Origin: a candidate division WOR-3 bacterium
Lineage (GTDB): Bacteria; Hydrothermota; UBA3072
Reading direction: 5' to 3'
Assembly: GCA_023131835.1 (NCBI GenBank)
Contig: JAGLZA010000025.1
Location: 5,923-69,922 of the forward strand
Length of the DNA stretch: 64,000 nt
The notes under the pieces were generated by a model. The model worked only from the letters and a program-made list of their open reading frames with translations. It had not been told where the DNA came from and ran no database searches. Below, one piece after another: positions 1-11,239 of this stretch. The position numbers and the translations under genes were made by a program. The first letter of the stretch is position 1, and each line of letters begins with the position of its first letter.

Positions 1-315
1 TAAGATACTTAGCATCCTTTTTACCGATAAACTTCTTTGGGAAAACATTAGTTGATGCGTAAGGTCGGAAAATATCTATGTGCCCTGCCTTTATCTTTCT
101 TTGAAACTTTGCCATGTCTTTAGGTTCTATAACAGGCATCTGTGAACGTGGAATATTTAGGGCGTTTTTACATCTGTCTTGTAATAACATATAATTTCTG
201 TCAAAATTAGGTAGTACCTTATCTAAGGATTTGTGAACCTTAAGAAACTCAGTTTCTGAGTATTTCCTTGCCCTTTTTAATGGTACGGTTGCACAGTTTA
301 TTTTTGTCATGATTA

Positions 316-345
316 TAATTATATACTGATAGTATATATACTTTT
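316..345 (-). promoter_or_regulatory. Recurrent BRE-TATA promoter module
   Basis: Minus strand AAAAGTATATATACTATCAGTATATAATTA just upstream of an ATG; same pattern recurs at 9067, 56551, 58614, 59075 and 59810. Confidence 0.7.
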
Positions 346-1516
346 ATTCTTTAAGAATTACTTTCCTATTTTCTTCCTCTTCTTTCTTTATCACTTCAAC
401 AGCTTTTTTTACTAAATCGTTTGCACCAAGGTTTATGTAATCAGAATTTTTAAGAAGTTGTGTCATCTTACCTCCTAATCATTCAATCCAATCTCCATCT
501 TTATGTAGTTGCATTAAGTATTCTTTAAATTTTGATTTATCCACATGATATGATACCAGAAAATCTTTCCCTCTAAACTTCTTACTCAAGAGTGGTATGA
601 AACCAATAATCAATGCACTTCCTACTGCTATTAAAGCATATATATCTATCATTTTTATTAATCCTCCTTCATTTTTATAGCTTTTTTAATTTGTTTTCTT
701 TCTTCTTTGAGTTCTATTAATTTCGCATCAATCTCTCTTAATCTTCTGAAACTATATCCTTCTTTCCAACTTTTCTTTTTACTCATCTTATCTTACCCAA
801 TAAAAATCCTTAGCTGTGTGATTATAAATTGCACGGATCCCACCTCGTTCACCCAAGAAATATGTTGATTTCGTCCTCTTAGTCCACATCATACCTACTC
901 CTGGTTTTGTCTTGATAAATCCAAGTCTGTCTAATACTCGTTTTGTTGCGTCTTCAAAAGAGATATTTTCTATTCTATATTTATATCCTGTTTTGTGTTG
1001 CATTCTTTCATATCCTATCCTAAAATTTTCTTTAATCTTTTAATTTTTACTTTATAATCAACCCAACTAATTTTCCATCGTTTCTGAGGATTAGGTTTAG
1101 TCTTTAATTCTCTGTACTTATATTTAAATTCTTCTTGTAAAGGTACGTAGAGATCTTTGTTACTAATAAACCAAAGAGTAGTAAATGTAGATGCAATCTT
1201 TAAGTTTAGGTTTGTATATCTTTTATTACAATCCTTCAAAAAAGATAATAGTTCTTCCAACTCATATTTTTCGATGGAATAGTAGTGTTCTTTCATTCCT
1301 TCTCACCTTTTGTTCTTCTTTTTGCTATCCAACTTTCTAAGTTCTTTTTTTGTATCTGTAACCGTTTTATTTCTCTTCCAGCTTTTATTACTTCGTAAAC
1401 TCTTTTATCATTATTTCGTATTTTCCGTAACGTATCAATAGCTCTTTCAACATCCTTTAGTTCCTTAATTCTATCTTTTAGAGTTGGTCTCATCTTATAT
1501 TGTATATACCTACCTT

Positions 1517-1728
1517 TTATTTTTCGTATCTTCTCCAAACAACTGATTGTTTTTCTCTGTGTTCAACTCGTGCTAAACACTTTTCTCCCCTTAATCCTCC
1601 CATTTCTCTCATTGTTTCTGCATATTTCTTTGCGTCTCTCTTTCTTGTCCTTCCCCCAAAAATACCACTTTGTGTTAAGTTATACTTTTTTTTCCATCAA
1701 ATTCTTTTGTCCATATTCTGTTTCTCAT
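1517..1728 (-). pseudogene. Frameshifted member of the small basic FDGKxY paralog family
   Basis: MRNRIWTKEFDG, then a frame break in an A8 run (T8 at 1686-1693); the other frame continues KKYNLTQSGIFGG...CLARVEHREKQSVVWRRYEK*. Confidence 0.7.
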
Positions 1729-1755
1729 TTTATTGTCTCCATCTTTCCGTTAGAT

Positions 1756-1941
1756 TCACTTTGCTAATCCTTCATAAACATACCAATACTTACCAGATTT
1801 TACGATACGAGCTAACCCACCATCTTTTCTTATTGAATTTGCCACCTGTACTGCATCCTTCTTCTTAGTATAACCACTATAAAGACCATACACTTTTTTG
1901 TCAAATTTTCTATCTTCTTTCATCATTTTTTTTTGTTTCAC
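1756..1941 (-). CDS. Small basic protein, FDGKxY paralog family
   Basis: KFDKKVYGL...KKDAVQVANSIRKDGGLARIVKSGKYWYVY; SD upstream. Confidence 0.7.
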   Translation of the reverse strand: MKQKKMMKEDRKFDKKVYGLYSGYTKKKDAVQVANSIRKDGGLARIVKSGKYWYVYEGLAK

Positions 1942-3994
1942 CTCCTATTTTTTGTTGCTGGTTTTAGTACCTTAATAACATGAGGTAATAATCCCTTACC
2001 TTTTAAACAACTAGCTGTCATAATTGCCTCTCTTTTACTATAATAGTTAATATTTCCATCTTTATCCCTAACAAAATCTCTTTTATCGGTTTTCTTCTTT
2101 ACATAACTAACTTTATATTTGTCCATTTTTATTCCCATATAATTTTACCAACTCTTTTAATAATTTGATAATTAAGTCCTGTTTTCTTACTGAGTTCCAT
2201 TCCTTTTTTCTGAGCGGCTTCTAAGGATGTATGTCCGTAAGTTAATGATGAAAATTTATTTCCAGTTTCTGTTACAATGAAATATCTTCCTAACCTTTTA
2301 CTTGGTTTATATTTTACGTTTGCCATTTTGTCACCTCCTATTTCCCACTATGCTTTTTCATTAATTTTTCAGCTCTATTCTCAGCATCATATAAATAATA
2401 ACATGGATCCAACTCATCTAATCTTTTACTGTTTTTGTCATACATCTCCACAAAGTATAAATATCTTTTCGTTATTTCATCACGAACTTTGCTTATGTTG
2501 ATATTTGCACCTGTTATAGTATTTATGTAGACTCTAACTGCTAACCTATTTTCTGATTTTCTGTTCCTTTTCCAGTTTTTTATTTTCACCTTAATTCACC
2601 TCCTAATTCCTACCATATTTTTAAACTGATTTTCAGCTTGAACCTTAGTCTTATAAAACTTAACCTTCTCAGTGGTCATTCTTCCACCTTCCTCAATCTT
2701 TATCTTATACAGAAATATCTTTGGTACACCACCTAACTTAATTAGGTAGACTTTTCTACCATCATATTTGTGGAATGGTTTTCCGACACCGCTTTTTATG
2801 ATTTTATCCTTCTCAACAACCACTTTCTTTGGTCTGATAGTTTTTGTCTTAATATCTAAGACGAGACCGAACCTATCAAGAAACTCCTTACGTTTCGCAC
2901 CTAGAAGCACTCTAATACCGAGTTCTAGTTTCTTCTTGGGTAAAAGGATAAAGTATTCTTTGTGGTTGTGTTTAAGGATTTTGCCTTGTTTCTTGGAAAC
3001 GAAGCAACCTTTTACACCTCTTTCTCTATCTTCACATTTGATGAAGAAGTATTTATCTTTTAGTGTTTTGCTCGTCAAAGTCTTCCCTCTTTTCTTTTCT
3101 CTTTTATATAAAAAAACCACATATCTTGTGCATAATTATTCATAATATCATTTAACTCCTTACTATACCATATTTCATTATCTATCTGCTTACGTTTCCT
3201 TTCTAACAAATCAGTTAATTTGCAAAGAGCAACCTTAGCATTCTGAACCAGTACATCAGCTCGCTTATTTACAATTTTTATCTGTTCTCCTTTTGCATAC
3301 TGGAACGTATGACCACTTACGTAATCGTCAACCTTCTTCATCTTTCGCTCCACTTCTTTTCTTTGTTCACGTAACCTTTCTATCTCAGATTTCATTATGA
3401 CACCTCCAACTTAATGCTTCTTCCAACCTGCTTTTCATCCTTCTATCCTTTTTTAGGTACGTGCTTCAGTTTATGTTTTAACCTATCGACTGACAAACGC
3501 GAGAATTAGTAGGTTTTTGGGTTGTCCCATAGGTCACGGCGTTCAACTGAAAGGTATTTGCGGAGTTTGTTTTTCATTCTTCTATCTTCTCACATCTATA
3601 GAACATACTACCTAAACCCGCTGTCTGACTGATAAAACTCCAATGCACATCGCTTATGTGCTTTTTGCACTCTGTTTTTGTATAGAACGTTGCACCACAA
3701 CCGTGACATTTCCATTTTTTGACTTTTTGTTTTTTAGGCATACTTTTCATCTCTCCTAACTAACCTTCCTTAACCACTCAGGCTTTTCTCTCCTCCTATA
3801 TACACCTGTAGGTGGAAAGTACTTCTTGTTCTTTTTAACCCACTCGTAAGCTTCATGCTTAGTTCTAAAGTATTTCATCCTTTTAGGGACACCATACTCA
3901 ATAAAATATTTATATTTACCCTTACCATCTTTTTTGAGCTTTAGCTCGTGTTTTAGTATTAACGATACATTTTGTGTAAAGAATTTTTCGTTTG

Positions 3995-4177
3995 TCATTT
4001 TCTCCACCAAATAACATATCCTATTCTACTTTTTGTTACCCTTACCTTATGTCCAAAACCCATCAATCTTTTCTTTTCACGATCAGCCTCACTCTTTTTT
4101 GATAGTATAACATACAATTCGTATACTTTTCCATCAAATGTTCTTGTTCTCGGTTCTAAACTCATTTTTCTTGGCAT
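3995..4177 (-). CDS. Small basic protein, FDGKxY paralog family
   Basis: RTFDGKVYEL...KKSEADREKKRLMGFGHKVRV; SD GGAGGTG upstream. Confidence 0.7.
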   Translation of the reverse strand: MPRKMSLEPRTRTFDGKVYELYVILSKKSEADREKKRLMGFGHKVRVTKSRIGYVIWWRK

Positions 4178-4856
4178 ATTTTCACCTCCTATTTTTAGCT
4201 ATCTTAAAGGTTTTAACCCTACCATACCCCAAATCTTAGTCTTTACTTTGTAAGCAAGTCCTAAACTATCAGCTCGTTTATTCATAGTTCGTGCTGTTTT
4301 TGTATACTCTTCCTTTAAAACTCCTTCCACTGGTTTGTAACCAAAATGGCTCATAAAAACTTTATCCATACGATGTTTTATGTATTGTAGCTGACTTATT
4401 GTCCTTGCTTCTTTTATCCCTTTTCTGAAATACAAATAATCTTCACGTATTTCAGTTTTAGTTACTGCTTCTGTCATTTTTTTACCTCCTAATCCTCACT
4501 GTATTTACTACCTTCATATAGTCTTTTTGTGCCTCCACCAGCCTTTCTTACCATAATAAAACGTCTCAAGCCACTAATCAAAAAATCAACCTCATCAGAT
4601 GGAATTAAAGCTGGTGTTTTAGTTGAATGAATTATTGGATGACCTTCTCTTCCGTGGTATTTTATTAGGTTTTTAGTTCTTTCTCCTACTTTCCCAATTA
4701 GTTTTAGTCTTTTCATTTTTATTATTCACTACCTCCTTTTATTTATGTATTTCTTTGTATATCTTTTTCCCTCTTTTTCTTGCTGCTTTCACTTCGCTTT
4801 CTGTAAATAAAAGAAATGTCTCAACACCAACCTGAATAGACAAAAACTTTTTTCCT

Positions 4857-5240
4857 TTATATGTTATCCAGTTTTCTTCTCTCATTTTTACCTCCTGTTT
4901 CTACCACAAATTCCTTCCTCTGTTTAAACTCCTCAACTTTACCTGGATTCCATTGCTGTACTGGTCTCAGATATCCAACTATGCGTGAATAGACCTCACA
5001 CGGATTCCAGTTTCTGAGGGTTTCATCCTCCATGAAGCACTTAATGCATTTGAGTATTATGTGTTCAGTTGGTGGTGTGCCAAATTCTGGGTTGTACACA
5101 GCCCCACCTTCGATTACTATTGCTCCTTTATCATCTCTATAAATACACACTTTTACGTCTTTACCGCAGTCGTGGCATTTGCCCTCATATTCTATTCTGT
5201 TCGTAGTTTCAAGTTGTTTCTGCAATTCTTCTATTTTCAT
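4857..5240 (-). CDS. Zinc-binding protein ending in a stand-alone NrdD-type glycyl-radical loop
   Basis: CHDC and CIKC pairs, then CEVYSRIVGYLRPVQQWNPGKVEEFKQRK, matching the class III ribonucleotide reductase C-terminus. Confidence 0.8.
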   Translation of the reverse strand: MKIEELQKQLETTNRIEYEGKCHDCGKDVKVCIYRDDKGAIVIEGGAVYNPEFGTPPTEHIILKCIKCFMEDETLRNWNPCEVYSRIVGYLRPVQQWNPGKVEEFKQRKEFVVETGGKNERRKLDNI

Positions 5241-5568
5241 TTCTTATTTCCTGTGTTGGGATGTCTGCAACTATTTGTTCTGTTTCTGCCTCTACCACCT
5301 TGTTTACGTCCTTTTTGTGATCCGTCTTTCTTATTGTATCCTTCTTTTTGCATTTTTACCTCCTCCTACTTCAGTCTCGATATACCTTTACGGCTACTAA
5401 ATATGGCGTTGACCTCGCTATTACTGTTGATAACACTCTTGCTACTCCTCGTTCCAAATCAAACTTACGTCTTTTACTAGCTTCCGCTTTGGTAGCACAT
5501 ATTATTTCTACAGTTTCATTACCCATCTTTACACGATATAAATATACTTTTCCCATTTTGTTTACCTC

Positions 5569-5766
5569 CTATTTCTTCCGTTTATAAATTACAAACCCGT
5601 ACGCAGTAGGAACTGTCCTCACAAGATAGCCTCCCTTCCTCAGCTTTTCAGCGTCCTCTTTTATTCCACTATGAAACTTAGGATATTCAACATGAAACCT
5701 ATATTGTTTTCCATTAAACATCCTGTACTTTGAAAGATTTGTCCCTTCTGCCTTTTTTCTTCTCAT
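5569..5766 (-). CDS. Small basic protein, FDGKxY paralog family
   Basis: RMFNGKQYRF...EDAEKLRKGGYLVRTV...GFVIYKR. Confidence 0.7.
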   Translation of the reverse strand: MRRKKAEGTNLSKYRMFNGKQYRFHVEYPKFHSGIKEDAEKLRKGGYLVRTVPTAYGFVIYKRKK

Positions 5767-6601
5767 ATTTGCCTCCTATTCTACTTTTGCCTCATATATA
5801 CACAATAATCATCACCAATCTTTATTATATGAGCCAAATAACCTAATGTTTTTTGCTGCTCTCTCGTTCTTATTGCATCTCTTTTGTATTGATGTGATCT
5901 ATAAAAGGTATACCATTTTCCTCTATACTCTCTTCTTGTTGGTATATCTTTCTTGGTCATTTTTACCTCCTATTTCCACTTCTCTTCACAAACACCCCCT
6001 AATCCACACCTTTTCTCTTAGTCCTACTTAGATAATTATCTGACGAAATGTAATAAAGATACTTACTATCTCGTATTACAGGCGTATTTTTTACTAATGT
6101 CCTCGGTAACGTGCTTTTGGTTCTACCTTTGTGCTGCATTTTCACTTTATATATGCTGAGTGGCGAACCTTTCACGTAGTATAAGAATCCAGACTTTCTA
6201 TCTATCTTAAAGGTTACTTCCTTCTTTCCTACTTTAATTTTTACTCTTCTTGCTCTCATCTCTGCTTCTGATATTGCTTTTTTTACTATGTTTGTTTTGC
6301 TTTTTCTCATGTTTTTTTTTCACCTCCTATTTTAAATCCTTTTTATAGTACTTTCTTCCATAATTATAATTTTTACCTATATCACTACAATCTCTAAACT
6401 CTATTGCTTCTTTTGTCATCTTTAAAGAATATGAATTTTTACCTTTTTTCCAAAGAATTGCATGAATTGGAAAATCCAAAGGCAATCCTCTTACAAATTT
6501 AATAACAGCTCTCTTTGGTGAATCTGCTATCATATAATGTCCTTGTGTACTACCATGTTGCCAAACTCTGTATTCTTTTATCATTTTTTCACCTTTTTAT
6601 C

Positions 6602-6862
6602 TTACCTCCTACCCCTAACATATATAGCCCAACACACATGACAGCGACCATCGCGAGTCTCTATCAAACGCACACTCTTCCACCTTAACTTGTAATCTCT
6701 TAGTAGACGTTGTGCTTTTCTTTTTGTGTTCTTTGCATCGATTAGCTTGTAGACTTCACCACCGAGTTTTCTTTGGTATTTTGGGTATCCTGGACAAGTG
6801 TGGGTGATCATGTTTTTTTTCATCTCCTGGACAAACCTTTCTCTATTGAATAAATCCCCCAT
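6602..6862 (-). CDS. Small basic protein, divergent FDGKxY family member
   Basis: RKLGGEVYKL...TKRKAQRLLRDYKLRWKSVRL. Confidence 0.5.
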   Translation of the reverse strand: MGDLFNRERFVQEMKKNMITHTCPGYPKYQRKLGGEVYKLIDAKNTKRKAQRLLRDYKLRWKSVRLIETRDGRCHVCWAIYVRGRR

Positions 6863-7029
6863 GGAAAAATTGAAAATATCCCAAACCTGTCCTTTTCAAC
6901 AATTTGTCGCTTATCTTTGTACATAACAAACTTCTTATTTTTTAGTTTTCCCTTTGTGCCTGTCTGTATAGTCCTTTCTATTATACCAAGAACTCTTCCA
7001 CTCCTACTTACAACTTCTATCTTTGCCAT
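6820..7029 (-). CDS. Small basic protein, paralog of 58414-58605
   Basis: Both share IEVxxRxG...GxLKxKKFVxYKxK...IxPWG. Confidence 0.7.
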   Translation of the reverse strand: MAKIEVVSRSGRVLGIIERTIQTGTKGKLKNKKFVMYKDKRQIVEKDRFGIFSIFPWGIYSIEKGLSRR

Positions 7030-7221
7030 ATTTTGCTCACCTCCTTATCTTCCCATCTACCTTTAAGGTAAGAGGTTGTCCCCTCCCTCGTTTGATTGCC
7101 TGTTTAAGTGATAACGTCGTACGACACCTAGGGCACGAGATAATGCCTGTTTTCGGGTTTGCAGCTCCTTTGTACTTCCATGTGTATCCACATACGCACT
7201 TGGTTTTGGTCATGTTTTTGT

Positions 7222-7410
7222 TTATTTTCTTTCCCTATACTTAAATCCTTTCCATAGATTCCATCCACTTTTAGTTTTAGTTCTCCTTATACTGTATCCA
7301 AGTTTCATTAAACGTTTTGCTTCACTATCAATCTCTCTCTTTGTACCACGTAAGTTAAACTGGTATAACCTTCCATCAAATACTTTATAACCCTCTGGTG
7401 CTTTTCTCAT
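7222..7410 (-). CDS. Small basic protein, FDGKxY paralog family
   Basis: KVFDGRLYQF...TKREIDSEAKRLMKLGYSIRR. Confidence 0.7.
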   Translation of the reverse strand: MRKAPEGYKVFDGRLYQFNLRGTKREIDSEAKRLMKLGYSIRRTKTKSGWNLWKGFKYRERK

Positions 7411-7648
7411 GTTTCTCTTACCTACCTTTTTTAACTAATCTCTTCCATATAATAAGTGTCCCTCCATGCCTATCTCTGTACACAACCAGAGCTTTTCTCG
7501 GTTCGTATTTATCCGCTGCGTACCTTTTTACTTCTTTTTCTATCTCGGTCTTACTTAGTCTTCCACCGTAATCACTATATGTTACATTTTCTACTTCGAC
7601 TATTCTTACCATGTTTTTATTACCTCTATAATAAGTTAGAATGTTAGA

Positions 7649-7662
7649 GTATATAAAGGTTT
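7649..7662 (-). promoter_or_regulatory. Archaeal BRE-TATA promoter (AAACCTTTATATAC class)
   Basis: Identical 14-mer at 7649-7662, 8042-8055 and 23161-23174, and a 13-nt match at 13904-13916; each is shortly upstream of a minus-strand ATG. Confidence 0.75.
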
Positions 7663-8713
7663 GATGTTTTTAAGAGTGTGGAGTATATAGTGGGTATTTA
7701 TTTCATTACTAATTTTCTGGTTGATAGATTAACAGACTCTAATGCTAACCTTTTGGCTCTTTTTCTCACGAATGGATCAATCCTCTCCCAATCCGTTTCA
7801 AATTCGTTTGACTTTAGTATCCAATCATGATTGTGTTTGAAGTAGCGTCTCGCGTGTTCTATCGTTGTATACGCTCCATTTACGTTATAGTGTATTCTAC
7901 TTACCTTCACTTTTTTACTTGCTTCCTTCCTATTTTTTGATATAACTTTTATAAAGTGTTCGTTACCTGTATCTCTTTCTATTATTCTTACCATGTATGT
8001 CGTCATGTTTTCTTACCTCTAATATAGTGTTTAATTTAGTAGTATATAAAGGTTTGAGGTTTTTGAGGATGGAAAGTATATAGTAAGTTACTTTTTCTTT
8101 TTTTACTAATCTCCTAAAGAACATGCACAAAACATTAATATATACATAGCAATAAGAAAAAGCCCCCAAAAACAAAGTAAATGAGCAATAGATTTCCTTC
8201 CTTTCCAATCTACCTTTTTAGGATCAAAATATTTATAACCATATATTGCAATAAAAATTAAAAATAATTCTATAAGTATTGTCACAACATAACAAATAAG
8301 AAGAACATCATCTTGAATATTATAAAGGAACTGGTCTGATATCATAAAAAAGACTAAAAGATTCACAGTTATAAGAGTTAAAATAATTGTAGAAGGGAAA
8401 AACACCAGATCTTCAATTAAATATAAAAACCAGCTTTGCAATTTATTTTCTTTATTTAATAATTCCATTTTTTAACCTCCTTTTATAATAATCTTTCTAC
8501 AATTTAGAAATAGAACAGCAATACTTGTGTAAAAAGAGAACCGCTATAGTGTTTATAATACAAAAAAGAAAAGAAAGAGATAACAATGATACACCACAAT
8601 AGATATGAAGATGTGTCACATAAATAAAAAAATAAGAAAAAAAGAATGCTATAACAAATATAATAATTAATGGAATAATAAATATAAATGCCACTATTAC
8701 ATCTTCTCTTTCT

Positions 8714-8840
8714 TTATTTTTTATTTTCATTTAATCCATACTCCTTCATCTTGACTTTAAGTAGCTTATCAACAATATCCCGTCTCTGACTACGGACTTC
8801 CCCCTCTGAAGGATATGATGTGTTCTCCATAAATGTATAT
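8714..8840 (-). pseudogene. Truncated duplicate of the C-terminus of ORF 39756-40247
   Basis: YTFMENTSYPSEGEVRSQRRDIVDKLLKVKMKEYGLN versus YTYMEGSSYPSEGEVRSQRRDIADKMLEAEMKEYELN; 19-nt identity at 8789-8807 and 39851-39869. Confidence 0.75.
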
Positions 8841-8842
8841 TC

Positions 8843-9034
8843 TTAAAAGAGATTTAAATCAAATGTCAGCTTTGGTCGTGTCCACAACTCATACCATTCT
8901 TTGTATTTTATTATTCTTGCAGATAACCCTTCCTTCCTCACTTCCTTTGCGTGTTTTAATGCTGCAGATTTATTAAAAACCCCAGCAATATAATACTTTT
9001 TCCCATCTATAATCTTAGTTAGTTTTGTTCTCAT
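8843..9034 (-). CDS. Small basic protein, FDGKxY paralog family
   Basis: KIIDGKKYYI...NKSAALKHAKEVRKEGLSARII...YELWTRP. Confidence 0.7.
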   Translation of the reverse strand: MRTKLTKIIDGKKYYIAGVFNKSAALKHAKEVRKEGLSARIIKYKEWYELWTRPKLTFDLNLF

Positions 9035-9066
9035 TTTTTTTTCCTCTTTTTATAATACTTATATAC

Positions 9067-9096
9067 TACTTATATACTAGCACCATAAATACTTTT
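9067..9096 (-). promoter_or_regulatory. Recurrent 30-bp promoter module
   Basis: AAAAGTATTTATGGTGCTAGTATATAAGTA. Confidence 0.75.
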
Positions 9097-9700
9097 ACAA
9101 ACTACTTTTTAAAAATACTAAGCAAACAACAAACCCCGTCGTAATAAACACCATAAACGGTATCTCAGGTGTCACCCAGACATCCTCCGCTTTGTCCACT
9201 ACATCAAATCCTTGCTTACTAAACGCACCTGTTTTTGGATCGAACAGTAACCGTGAGAACTTAGGTACTACGTGCGGTTTGTACCCGATTAGAACCAGCC
9301 TACGACTCGCGTACGTTTCGTACCAACCTAGGTTACGTACGTTAGTAACGAACAAACCAATAGGTACGGATAACGCAAGCACAACCGCACAAACCAACAC
9401 ACTTAACGCGAAGAAAGGTACGGTGGTTAGGACTGCTGATATGCAAATTAACGCTTTGGTATCCGCACCTCCTATCAGGTTGTATACAAACATCAGGTAG
9501 GATAGTATGATGGTGACAACTAGGGATAGTACGTAAAGTAGGAAACCATCGTGATGATAGAAGGTGTAGACAGCGAAGAAGGGGGCGGTAGCAAGCATGA
9601 GTTTCCAGACGGTGTTGGATACTTCACGGGTTTTTAGGTCGGTGTAAGAGGCGTAGAGTAAGCAAAGTAGGGTGAAAGTTAGCTGGATAACAAATAACAT
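9095..9700 (-). CDS. A24-family prepilin/prearchaellin peptidase (FlaK/PibD-like)
   Basis: Multi-pass membrane protein with YASYTDLKTREV (first Asp) and IGGADTKAL (GxGD-type second Asp), plus the VWVTPEIPFMVFIT tail. Confidence 0.85.
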   Translation of the reverse strand: MLFVIQLTFTLLCLLYASYTDLKTREVSNTVWKLMLATAPFFAVYTFYHHDGFLLYVLSLVVTIILSYLMFVYNLIGGADTKALICISAVLTTVPFFALSVLVCAVVLALSVPIGLFVTNVRNLGWYETYASRRLVLIGYKPHVVPKFSRLLFDPKTGAFSKQGFDVVDKAEDVWVTPEIPFMVFITTGFVVCLVFLKSSL

Positions 9701-9701
9701 C

Positions 9702-10067
9702 TTAGATAGTAAACCTTCTGTTAAGCTCCTCTAGCGTTAGGATATTTCTTCTCTGGTTCTCTTCAACTTCTTCTGCTACTTTAGGGTCGCATTCTATCTC
9801 TTCCATTAAATCGCGTAGTGTTCCTTTGCTTTTTGGTTTCCAGTTTTCGTCTTTAATTTCCCAATCATCTGCATTTAAATCTTCTAATGGTAGATGGTAT
9901 TGGAAATGACCTCCGTGAGGCATATCTCTAAGTTTACTTAGATTGCTATCCCATTCATAGGTAATTGAATCCGCTCGGTGCCACGATTCGCGTCGGACTT
10001 TCTTTCCTGTACGCAAAGCAGATAATATTTCTTCAAACTTCATTTTTCTATTTTCCTCTCTAAACAC
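9702..10067 (-). CDS. DUF2829/Tad2-like protein with C-terminal extension
   Basis: MKFEEILSALRTGKKVRRESW...EDLNADDWEI matches the F-x-EAL-x-ALKxGKKVxRxxW...D-x-LAEDW pattern. Confidence 0.65.
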   Translation of the reverse strand: MFREENRKMKFEEILSALRTGKKVRRESWHRADSITYEWDSNLSKLRDMPHGGHFQYHLPLEDLNADDWEIKDENWKPKSKGTLRDLMEEIECDPKVAEEVEENQRRNILTLEELNRRFTI

Positions 10068-10257
10068 TCACTCAATCCTGACAACAAACCCGCAATAAAC
10101 GCAGACCATATAGCAAAGAAAACAAAAGCTATCTGTGTTATACCAATACTCGCTACATTTCTCATTAGTAGATAACCGAAACTTATTGATATTAGAAGGA
10201 ATAACAAAAACAACCAAAGAAAAATTCTTTCTGTTTTCATCTTACTTTCTCCTATTC

Positions 10258-10497
10258 TTAATTATCATACACACTATAAGTCAACCAACACGATTTATAT
10301 CCATTCTTTTTTTTATCAAATCGTCTTTTTGCAAAGAACTTAGTAAAATAAAAAGAAAGAAAATCACGAAGACTTGAATCACGTACTACAGCGTAACCAT
10401 AGTGTATAGGAAATGAATATTTCATCTGTATTTGGATTAGTTCTATCTTACTTTGCTTCTTTCCATCATCTACTATGAAACTTTCCATTATTTTCAT
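10258..10497 (-). CDS. Hypothetical protein, paralog of 33585-33842
   Basis: Shared SFIVDDG...KFFAKR...GYKSC(W/F)LTY(S/G)VYD. Confidence 0.75.
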   Translation of the reverse strand: MKIMESFIVDDGKKQSKIELIQIQMKYSFPIHYGYAVVRDSSLRDFLSFYFTKFFAKRRFDKKKNGYKSCWLTYSVYDN

Positions 10498-10852
10498 TTT
10501 TCTACCTCCTTAGAAGATTCTCCCATGCTTCCTTCACTGCTTCATATCCTTCATGATTTATTTCTCCCTCTTTCCATTCCTTATATAATTCAGTCATGCT
10601 TTTTCTCTTCATTTTTCTATCTCCTTAACCAATCTATCCTTTTTAACATATTCTCACAAACAAATTCATTGATAGCATCCTGCAAACTTTGGAAATTCCA
10701 CAGCTTTTTGTACTTATTTCTGTAATCCGTCTCGTACTGGATTTTGTAATGCCAACTACCTATGCCATCGGGGTCGTAAATAATGCGGAAGTTTGTATCG
10801 TTGCAGGTTTTTGAGGTTAGGATCTTGTATCTCCTTTTCATTTTATCGGACA

Positions 10853-11239
10853 TTAATCCTCCACTATCTCAATTTTCTTTTCTTTCAAAAGTTCTTCTAT
10901 AACCTCTACGCATAGGCTGTAATCGATGTGAAGGTGTTCCGCTATTTCACTAGGGAATATATTACCATCAATTTTGTTTAGGTACTCAGAAATTCTCTTT
11001 TTTGCTTCCTTATTATCCATGTCTTTAATTACTGATATTTTTGCAACAGGAAGACTCTCATGAATGTATTTTTTACAAAAATTACATTCTAATTCTATTC
11101 CTGAGGTGGTCAATAAACCTCTGGTATGAAGGAACTCAAGAACCAACTCAATGGTTGTTATTCTGTCTTTGGATAACTCCTCCTCTCCTCTTTCTAACAT
11201 CCAGTTTTCGAGCCATTCTAATTCTGTCTTTTCTTCCAT
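10853..11239 (-). CDS. Protein with C-terminal winged-helix DNA-binding domain
   Basis: IFPSEIAEHLHIDYSLCVEVIEELLKEKKIE. Confidence 0.6.
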   Translation of the reverse strand: MEEKTELEWLENWMLERGEEELSKDRITTIELVLEFLHTRGLLTTSGIELECNFCKKYIHESLPVAKISVIKDMDNKEAKKRISEYLNKIDGNIFPSEIAEHLHIDYSLCVEVIEELLKEKKIEIVED

